From an uncultured Anaerolineales bacterium (GTDB lineage: Bacteria; Chloroflexota; Anaerolineae; Anaerolineales; UBA11858): a stretch of DNA of 64,000 nucleotides. A model generated the notes under the pieces. That model worked only from the letters and a program-made list of their open reading frames with translations. It was not told where the DNA came from and made no database searches. This document shows positions 57,758-64,000 of this stretch, one piece after another (position 1 is the stretch's first letter; the number at the start of each line of letters is the position of its first letter). The DNA is taken from NCBI GenBank assembly GCA_964618295.1, contig CAZTWV010000014.1, positions 1,288 to 65,287 on the forward strand. Reading direction: 5' to 3'. A program made the position numbers and the translations under genes.

Positions 57758-59414
57758 TATCGAGAAAACAGCGGTCTCCGATGCCCTCGGGGATTTTCAG
57801 GCTGTGATCCAGAATGAGGTGGAGCTGCTGCAAACCAGCTGCCAATCGATGGTGGCAGACCTGGAAAAAGATCTGCCGGAATCCGAAGCCGTTCGCAGCC
57901 CGCTCCGGCTCCTGATCAACGCCGTCCGGGACGCCAGCGGAAAATTTGCGAGCAAGGTTGATTTTGAAGATATTGGGACCGTACACCATGTCGGGGATGG
58001 TGTGGCGACCCTGACCGGCCTGCCCCGGGTCCACACCGAGGATATGCTGGTTTTCCCGACCGGCGTGCGCGGCCTGGTTTTCAGCCTGGAGCCGCGCCAG
58101 CTTGATGTGGTTTTGCTTGGATCGGATGAAGGCATCCGGGGGGGCGACGTGGTTCGCACCAGCGGGGTCCAGCTCCGGATCCCGGTCGGCCCCAATTTGC
58201 TGGGCCGGGTGGTCAACCCCCTGGGCGAGCCGCTGGACGGGGGACCGATTCCGGAACCTTCCGACCTGCGTTTGCTGGAGCGGGAGGCGCCGGGGATTAC
58301 GACCCGGACACCCATCAAGGAGCCGCTCCACACCGGCTGGAAAGTGATCGATGCCCTGATCCCGGTCGGACGCGGTCAGCGGGAGCTGATCCTGGGCGAC
58401 CGCCAGACCGGAAAGACCACCCTGGCGGTGGATGCCATCATCCAGCAGCGGGACGCGGACGTGGCCTGTGTTTACGTTGCCGTCGGCCAGAAAAAATCCT
58501 CAACATTAAACGTGATTGACCGCTTGCGGGAAGCCGGCGCCCTGGAATACACCTCGGTGGTTATGGCTACCCCGGATGATCCGCCCGCCCTGCGCTACCT
58601 GGCCCCCTATGCCGGATGCACCATGGCGGAATATTTAATGGAGCACGAGCGGGATGTGCTGATCGTCTACGACGACCTCACCAAGCATGCCAATTCCTAC
58701 CGGGAGCTGAGTTTGCTGCTGCGCAGGCCGCCGGGGCGGGAAGCCTATCCCGGGGATGTTTTTTACCTCCATTCCAGGCTGCTGGAGCGGGCCGGAAAGC
58801 TCAACCAGAATCACGGGGGAGGTTCAATGACCGCCCTCCCGGTGATTGAAACCCAGCGGGGGAACCTTTCGTCCTACATTCCCACCAATTTAATTTCGAT
58901 CACGGACGGCCAGATTGTGCTGGACGCTGATCTGTTCAACCAGAATATCAAGCCGGCTGTTGATGTCGGCCTTTCGGTTTCCCGGGTCGGGGGATCCGCC
59001 CAGACCGGGGCCATGAAAAAGGTGACCTCGGAGCTGAGGCTGCAGCTGGCCCAGTATGAGGAAGTGGCCCGCTTTGCCCGCCTGGGCACCGAGGTGGATG
59101 AAGCCACCCGGCAGCAGATCGAGCGCGGGAAGCGCCTCCAGGCGGTCCTGGCCCAGCCCCCGCACCAGCCGATGCCGCTCAGCGAACAGGTGGTGATGTT
59201 TTATGCGGTTCAGCAGAATCTGCTGGAAAACCTGGCTGTCAACGAGGTGCCCCGCTTTGAATCGCGGCTGCTGGATTTTTTCCACCGGGAGCACGGCGAG
59301 ATGATGGAGGAGATCGGGCTCAAGCGCGATCTGCCCCCCGAGATGCAGAAACGCCTGAGCGAGGTGCTGGAAGAATTTCTGAGTTTGGAGCAGGAAAGGA
59401 GCGCTGAAGAATGA
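57750..59414 (+). CDS. atpA: N-type ATPase alpha subunit
   Basis: Walker A GDRQTGKTT and typical alpha features (LIVYDDLTKHA, PGREAYPGDVFYLHSRLLERA). The ATG at 57750 overlaps the atpF stop by 8 nt. Confidence 0.9.
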   Translation: MSDIEKTAVSDALGDFQAVIQNEVELLQTSCQSMVADLEKDLPESEAVRSPLRLLINAVRDASGKFASKVDFEDIGTVHHVGDGVATLTGLPRVHTEDMLVFPTGVRGLVFSLEPRQLDVVLLGSDEGIRGGDVVRTSGVQLRIPVGPNLLGRVVNPLGEPLDGGPIPEPSDLRLLEREAPGITTRTPIKEPLHTGWKVIDALIPVGRGQRELILGDRQTGKTTLAVDAIIQQRDADVACVYVAVGQKKSSTLNVIDRLREAGALEYTSVVMATPDDPPALRYLAPYAGCTMAEYLMEHERDVLIVYDDLTKHANSYRELSLLLRRPPGREAYPGDVFYLHSRLLERAGKLNQNHGGGSMTALPVIETQRGNLSSYIPTNLISITDGQIVLDADLFNQNIKPAVDVGLSVSRVGGSAQTGAMKKVTSELRLQLAQYEEVARFARLGTEVDEATRQQIERGKRLQAVLAQPPHQPMPLSEQVVMFYAVQQNLLENLAVNEVPRFESRLLDFFHREHGEMMEEIGLKRDLPPEMQKRLSEVLEEFLSLEQERSAEE

Positions 59415-59701
59415 TGAAAATGGTGATGGCCGTGGTACCGCGCGATGAAAGCGATCAGCTGCTTCAGGACCTGGTGAAAGCGGGTTTTTCCGCCACCTTC
59501 ACCGACAGCAAGGGCGGGATGCTCCGACAATCTCAGGAGATGCTCTTTATTGTGGTGGAAGAAGAACGGATTGAAGAGGTGCTGGCGCTTATTCACGGGG
59601 GAGAAGAGGAAAGGAAACGCCATACCGCGGAGGGAAAAGAAATCAGTAAAAGCGGCCGGGTGATCTTTGTCTGGCAGATTGACCGCGTGGAGACCTGCTG
59701 A
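59411..59701 (+). CDS. DarA/PstA (YaaQ, DUF970)-like PII-type cyclic-di-AMP receptor
   Basis: MKMVMAVVPRDESDQLLQDLVKAGFSATFTDSKGGMLRQSQEMLFIVVEEERIEEVLALI aligns without gaps to B. subtilis YaaQ/DarA as I recall it ([60 protein letters not shown]). The ATGA overlaps atpA. Confidence 0.65.
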   Translation: MMKMVMAVVPRDESDQLLQDLVKAGFSATFTDSKGGMLRQSQEMLFIVVEEERIEEVLALIHGGEEERKRHTAEGKEISKSGRVIFVWQIDRVETC

Positions 59702-59704
59702 CTT

Positions 59705-60568
59705 ATGACTGTTTCGGGACGGACCGAGGAGCGGCTGGAGAATATTCAGTCTGTGGAGCCGATCTTGAGCGCGCTGCGGACTGTGTCCCAGGCCAGCATG
59801 CAGACCGCCCGGCGTCGGCTGCAGGGAGCGGCCCGCTACGGGCAGGACCTGGCGGAGATGGCTGGCTGGCTCCCGGAGGAAAATCAGCGGGAGGAATCGG
59901 AGGGAGAGAAAGCCCCCCGGACCCTGCTGATCGTCCTGGGAAGCGACCGGGGCTTGTGCGGCACATTTAATGATGAAGCGGTCAGTGCCCTGGCCCGGGA
60001 GCTGACCGACCTGGAGGACGGGGAGGAAAGGACAGCGGTCTGGGCCCTGGGACAGCGCCTGCGGTCGCCCTTATTCCGGGTCGGGATCCAGCCGGAGCGG
60101 AGAGAGCGGTTTTCCCTGGGTGGGGTGCCCGATTACCAGCGGGCCTATCAAGCAGCAGGGTGGATTGCCTCTGAGATTCAGAAGAACGGGCTGGACCGGG
60201 TCCTGGTGGTGTTGAACCGGCTGGTGCGGGCTGACCGGGCCTGGCCGGCGGTTGAACAGCTGTTTCCGGTCCAGATTGAAAATGGCCAGGGAAATGGGGA
60301 GCACTGGCCGCCGCCGATCCTGGAAAGTGATCCCCGGATTCTGCAGCAGCGGATTCAGCGCCAGGCCCTGGAGGTCAACCTTTACCGCCTTTTACTGATC
60401 TCGGCGAACGCAGAGCATGCCACCCGCTTTCACCTGCTGGAAAACGCAGCTCAGAATATGGAGCGCCTGACCGTGGAGCTGGAAATGGAAGTCCAGCTGG
60501 CCCGGCAGCAGGCGATCACGACCGAGATGATGGACTTGATGTCCGGCTCGGGTTTGATCAAGACCTGA
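59705..60568 (+). CDS. atpG: ATPase gamma subunit
   Basis: N-terminal helix LENIQSVEPILSALRTVSQASMQTARRRL and C-terminal helix ARQQAITTEMMDLMSG are typical of gamma. It is the last gene, as in N-ATPase operons. Confidence 0.8.
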   Translation: MTVSGRTEERLENIQSVEPILSALRTVSQASMQTARRRLQGAARYGQDLAEMAGWLPEENQREESEGEKAPRTLLIVLGSDRGLCGTFNDEAVSALARELTDLEDGEERTAVWALGQRLRSPLFRVGIQPERRERFSLGGVPDYQRAYQAAGWIASEIQKNGLDRVLVVLNRLVRADRAWPAVEQLFPVQIENGQGNGEHWPPPILESDPRILQQRIQRQALEVNLYRLLLISANAEHATRFHLLENAAQNMERLTVELEMEVQLARQQAITTEMMDLMSGSGLIKT

Positions 60569-60590
60569 GGGGGATGGAGCAGGTGATTCG

Positions 60591-60639
60591 TGATCAGTAC
60601 GGAGAGAAGCGCGCCGCTGGCGCGCTTCAAGTTTTGATG
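60591..60639. repeat. dispersed hairpin element / terminator-like after atpG
   Basis: tgatcagtacggagagaagcgcgcc-gct-ggcgcgcttcaagttttgatg. It shares its stem with 39322..39360. Confidence 0.65.
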
Positions 60640-60736
60640 TGCCGCTTGCGGGGGGATGTGGGGAAATTCGTTATATCCGCCCGGCGATTTGCCCTTTCAG
60701 GGGGCTTCGCAAAATCACGGGCTGGTCTAACACTAT

Positions 60737-60768
60737 CGGAGATCAACGGCAAGCTCCGGGAGTGCTCC
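60737..60768. repeat. 32-nt exact repeat, copy downstream of the atp operon
   Basis: Identical to 53003..53034. Confidence 0.8.
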
Positions 60769-61004
60769 CGCTTCAGCGGGACTAAAAAACACATCCAGTG
60801 TGCTCCTGGGTGGGACCTCCGTGTAGCGTTCATGGTAAATGTTTATCAGTGATTTCTGATCACTGGAGACAAAGACTATTTACTAATCCACTATTCACTG
60901 TTCACTGGGCTGCAAGCGGCGCACCGCGGACGCATCTTGACATCCCCGGGGTTGTCCCTGACAATGGGAGAGCTTTCATACTTTAATCAACAGGAGTACC
61001 CACC

Positions 61005-62762
61005 TTGCCTGTCCTGAAACGCCTCTTGAAATATGTCCGCCCCTACTGGAAAACCCTGGTTCTGGTCAGCCTGTTTCTGCTGATCGGGACCGGTTTACAC
61101 CTGCTTCCGCCCCTGGTCCAGCGGGCGGTGATCGATGAGGTGGTTGAAGCCGGGGACTTAACCCGGCTGACGCGTCTGATAGGGACTTTGATCGGGGTCT
61201 ATTTTCTGATCCAGTTTGTTGATTTCGCGGACCTTTACACCCGCCACGTGGTAGGTGAAAAATTCATCTTTGACCTCCGGGTCCGTCTGTACGAGCATCT
61301 GCAGGGGCTGTCGCTCTCTTTTTATGAAAACACCTCGACAGGGGAGCTGATGTCCCGGGTTTCGAATGATGTCAACGAGCTGGAAAAATTCATCACGCAC
61401 GGGATCGCCCTGACCGTCGCGGACCTTTTACGGTTGATCGGGGCTTCTGTGGTGCTGCTGGTCCTGGATTGGAAGCTGGCCCTGATCCTGCTGGTACCGC
61501 TGCCGCTGCTGGCCTACAGCCTGGTGATTTTCAACCGTCGGGTGCAGCCGATTTATAAACGGGTCCGGGCCCGGCTGGGGGATATTAACGCCAACCTGCA
61601 GGACACCCTGTCCGGGATCCGGGTCGTACAGGCCTTTGACAGGGAGGAAAGTGAACTGCAGCGCTTCCGGGGAGTGAGCCGGGATTATCTAGAGGAGCGG
61701 GTGGCGGCCATCCGGACCTGGTCCTTTTTCTTCCCTACCTTCCGCTTCGTGTCCGCCCTGGGTGGAGCGCTGGTGCTGGGCTTCGGGGCCCGCATGGTGG
61801 TCAACGGCCGTCTGACACTGGGCACGCTGGTGGCTTTCCTGTCCTATATTATTTCCTTCTACGAACCGCTCCGGCGCCTGACCGAGGTCGATAACACTTT
61901 CCAACAGGCCATCGCTGCCGGGGGGCGGATTTTCGAGCTTTTAGATCAAACCTCTCAGATCCAGAATGCTCCGGATGCACAGCCTCTGGGAAAGATCGAG
62001 GGACGGGTGAAGTTTGAGGAGGTCCATTTCCGCTACGGAGAACCGGAGGACGAAAGCGATCCGGAAGAGAGCAATGTGCTGCATGAGATTTCCTTTGAGG
62101 TTGAACCGGGTCAGGCGGTGGCCCTGGTCGGTCCCAGCGGGGCTGGGAAAACCAGCATCGCCAACCTGCTGTGCCGTTTTTACGATCCGGACCGGGGCCG
62201 GGTGCTGGTGGACGGGAAGGATTTAAAGGAGGTCCAGATCCAGTCCCTGCGCCAACAGGTGGCTGTGGTCCTGCAGGATACCTTCCTGTTCAACACCACC
62301 GTGCGCGAGAATTTAATGTACGGGAACCTGGAAGCGGGGGAGGAGGAGATGATCGCCGCGGCCCGGAGCGCTCACGCTCACGAGTTCATCGCCGAAATGC
62401 CGGATGGCTACGATACCATGATCGGAGAACGGGGTGTGAAATTGAGCGGAGGCCAGAAGCAGCGTCTAAGCCTGGCGCGGGCCATCCTGGCGGATCCCCG
62501 GATCCTGATCCTGGACGAAGCCACCTCCTCGGTCGACGCCGAAGCCGAGTACCTGATCCAGCAGGCCCTGGAGGAAGTCATGCAGGGCCGGACCGCGCTG
62601 GTGATCGCCCACCGCCTGAGCACCATCCGCAGTGCGGATAAGATCATCGCTCTGGAGGAAGGCAGGATTCGGGAAGTGGGGAATCATGAGGAACTGCTGG
62701 CGAAGGATGGGCTGTATTCTCAGCTCTACAGGAGGCAGCTGGCGCTGGTGGGGGAAGACTAG
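61005..62762 (+). CDS. ABC exporter, fused permease/ATPase (MsbA/multidrug type)
   Basis: 6-TM N-terminal domain, Walker A GPSGAGKTS, signature LSGGQKQRLSLARAI, Walker B ILILDEATSSVD. TTG start after aggag. Confidence 0.88.
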   Translation: MPVLKRLLKYVRPYWKTLVLVSLFLLIGTGLHLLPPLVQRAVIDEVVEAGDLTRLTRLIGTLIGVYFLIQFVDFADLYTRHVVGEKFIFDLRVRLYEHLQGLSLSFYENTSTGELMSRVSNDVNELEKFITHGIALTVADLLRLIGASVVLLVLDWKLALILLVPLPLLAYSLVIFNRRVQPIYKRVRARLGDINANLQDTLSGIRVVQAFDREESELQRFRGVSRDYLEERVAAIRTWSFFFPTFRFVSALGGALVLGFGARMVVNGRLTLGTLVAFLSYIISFYEPLRRLTEVDNTFQQAIAAGGRIFELLDQTSQIQNAPDAQPLGKIEGRVKFEEVHFRYGEPEDESDPEESNVLHEISFEVEPGQAVALVGPSGAGKTSIANLLCRFYDPDRGRVLVDGKDLKEVQIQSLRQQVAVVLQDTFLFNTTVRENLMYGNLEAGEEEMIAAARSAHAHEFIAEMPDGYDTMIGERGVKLSGGQKQRLSLARAILADPRILILDEATSSVDAEAEYLIQQALEEVMQGRTALVIAHRLSTIRSADKIIALEEGRIREVGNHEELLAKDGLYSQLYRRQLALVGED

Positions 62763-62829
62763 TAAATAGTGAATAGTAATTGGTAAGCAGTGAAGCGAGG
62801 CTTTGCCTCGCTTCCAGTTTTAATGACTC
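62760..62829. repeat. dispersed gtaaatag-hairpin-agttttaatgac element (left of the TA cassette)
   Basis: tagtaaatagtgaatagtaattggtaagcagtgaagcgagg-ctttg-cctcgcttccagttttaatgactc. Confidence 0.75.
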
Positions 62830-62895
62830 TATAGCGAAGGAATTTTGCAGTTCATTCTGTGCTTTGAATTCATACTAAATCCAGTTGGGTTTGAC

Positions 62896-62924
62896 TTGAC
62901 ATTATGTCAAAAATGACATAATAT
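62896..62924 (+). promoter_or_regulatory. sigma70-type promoter TTGACA-17-TAATAT with overlapping TGACA/TGTCA palindromes (operator-like)
   Basis: ttgaca at 62896-62901 and taatat at 62919-62924. The half-sites TGACAttaTGTCAaaaaTGACA span the spacer. The toxin ATG at 62933 is only 8 nt after the -10, with no SD. Confidence 0.6.
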
Positions 62925-62932
62925 GAGATCAA

Positions 62933-63262
62933 ATGGCGGAAGCTGATAAACCGCTGGTTTGGTTGGAAGGCGAAGTCAAGACCCCTCCTTTCTCATCAGA
63001 AGCTAGAATTGAGGTAGGTTTCTTGCTGAGGAAAATTCAGATGGGTGAGACGTTATCCCTTCCGCATTCGCGGCCGCTCCCGGTGATTGGTAGAAATGTT
63101 CACGAGCTGAGAGTAAATGATCAAAACCAAACATGGCGTTTGATTTACCACCTGGCGCCGGAAGCTGTGGTAATCTTGAAAGTTTTTCCGAAGAAGACCA
63201 ATCAAATACCCCAGCAGATTATCCAGATTTGTCAGCAGAGGCTCACTTATTTTTACTCATAG
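62933..63262 (+). CDS. HigB/RelE-superfamily toxin (Gp49/DUF891-like)
   Basis: 109 aa and basic. The pattern ...VHELRVNDQNQTWRLIYHLAPEAVVILKVFPKKTNQIP is typical of HigB-like/Gp49 toxins. It lies upstream of an XRE antitoxin (the toxin-first order typical of higBA). Confidence 0.65.
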   Translation: MAEADKPLVWLEGEVKTPPFSSEARIEVGFLLRKIQMGETLSLPHSRPLPVIGRNVHELRVNDQNQTWRLIYHLAPEAVVILKVFPKKTNQIPQQIIQICQQRLTYFYS

Positions 63263-63268
63263 GACAAG

Positions 63269-63580
63269 ATGATGGATCCAAAAAGGATTAAGGAACTCAA
63301 GAGCAAAGGCTGGAAGGTGGGCGGGGTGGAAGATTTCCTGCAGCTTTCTGAAGCTGAAGCATCCTACATTGAGTTGAAACTCAGCTTGAGTGAGATGGTG
63401 AAAGAAATCCGGGAATCCCGGGGCCTAACTCAGATGGAGGCTTCGAAACTATTGGGTTCCAGCCAATCCCGGATCTCAAAGATGGAAGCGGGGGATTCCT
63501 CTGTGTCCATCGACCTGCAGATCAAATCCCTCCTGGTCCTGGGTGCAACCCGGAGTGAGATTTGTAAACGTTTGGGATGA
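63269..63580 (+). CDS. XRE-family HTH antitoxin (HigA-like)
   Basis: HTH segment ESRGLTQMEASKLLGSSQSRISKMEAGD. 6-nt gap after the toxin gene. Confidence 0.7.
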   Translation: MMDPKRIKELKSKGWKVGGVEDFLQLSEAEASYIELKLSLSEMVKEIRESRGLTQMEASKLLGSSQSRISKMEAGDSSVSIDLQIKSLLVLGATRSEICKRLG

Positions 63581-63600
63581 AAGGTCAGGACTGGTGGATT

Positions 63601-63654
63601 GTAAATCGTAAGCAGAGAAGCGAGGCAAAGCCTCGCTTCCAGTTTTAATGACTC
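63601..63654. repeat. dispersed gtaaat-hairpin-agttttaatgac element (right of the TA cassette)
   Basis: gtaaatcgtaagcagagaagcgagg-caaag-cctcgcttccagttttaatgactc. It has the same stem and flanks as 62784..62829, but the 5-nt loop is the reverse complement. Confidence 0.75.
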
Positions 63655-63779
63655 GATATTGTAGAATTCTCGCATTCCATATGCAATCTCAGAAACCTGA
63701 AAACAGAAAAGTGAATACTGCCGACTGGTTGTATCAATCGATTTACAATTTACAGCTTACAGCTTACTGGCAGTTAATC

Positions 63780-64000
63780 TCAGTCTTTCTCCAGTTTGAC
63801 GAGATACATCACCAGGACAAAGATCGCAATTAACAGCGGAATCCCGCCCCCCAGACAGCACAGGCAGCCCAGGCCGGAAAAAGTCGCCAGCGACTTCCCG
63901 AAAGGGACCTCGAAATCAGCCGGTGTGCCGGAGAAGGGGTCCGGGGTGGGGGTGGCGGACTGGAATTGGGCCTGCGCGGCGGCCGGGGTCGAGGGCGTCA
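63780..64000 (-). CDS. C-terminal end of a protein with PT-rich segment and C-terminal TM anchor (5' part outside the window)
   Basis: The minus frame is open from the window edge: ...TPSTPAAAQAQFQSATPTPDPFSGTPADFEVPFGKSLATFSGLGCLCCLGGGIPLLIAIFVLVMYLVKLEKD, with the stop at 63780-63782. Confidence 0.4.
   Translation of the reverse strand, partial: TPSTPAAAQAQFQSATPTPDPFSGTPADFEVPFGKSLATFSGLGCLCCLGGGIPLLIAIFVLVMYLVKLEKD

Noticed and set aside
60574-60986. ORFs at 60574..60852, 60627..60833 and 60798..60986 downstream of atpG.
   Set aside because: They span the terminator-like hairpin and the 32-nt repeat, have no RBS and overlap each other on both strands. I treat the region as a non-coding repeat region.

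Overview
This is a 64-kb fragment of a GC-rich bacterial chromosome. It is densely coded and most genes have Shine-Dalgarno sites. The gene content looks Chloroflexota/Anaerolineae-like, but that is only a weak inference. All family calls come from motif recognition by eye in the supplied translations; no searches were run.

Ordinary content:
- lipA, mscL, tRNA-Gly and tRNA-Met
- a CPA2 antiporter, two GGDEF cyclases and an HtrA-like protease
- LysE and MFS transporters and a YgfK-like flavoprotein
- two PAS histidine kinases with a receiver protein
- a TetR-controlled MacAB-like ABC efflux operon and an MsbA-like exporter

Items that stand out:
1. 46349..52652 (minus strand): a tightly packed seven-gene, eukaryote-like ubiquitination operon. 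It encodes a wHTH-fused E1, a membrane-anchored RING-like protein, a Ubl-E2 fusion with an HPN..C active site, a second free Ubl ending in Gly, and a JAMM isopeptidase. A membrane FHA protein and a vWA protein are co-transcribed. Repeat-dense intergenic regions sharing the same MITE-like element flank the operon on both sides. This is my best candidate for the novel system.
2. 19472..25301: an eight-gene MglA-type Ras-like GTPase cluster with four Roadblock/LC7 domains, several DUF4388/PATAN domains, a receiver domain and an output-less HAMP receptor.
3. 53620..60568: an N-type (Na+-type) ATPase operon, atpDCQRBEFAG. A DarA/PstA-like PII-type c-di-AMP receptor gene is translationally coupled between atpA and atpG.
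4. 8823..12940: a roughly 4.1-kb AT-richer island integrated in the 3' end of tRNA-Met. It has 16-bp direct repeats and carries an AbiEi/AbiEii toxin-antitoxin pair and a decayed tyrosine integrase.
5. Smaller oddities:
   - a lipoprotein gene with an in-frame TAA
   - a HigBA-like cassette bracketed by a duplicated hairpin repeat
   - an ABC ATPase fused to a cNMP-binding domain
   - an MscL with a C-terminal zinc ribbon
   - several dispersed intergenic repeat families
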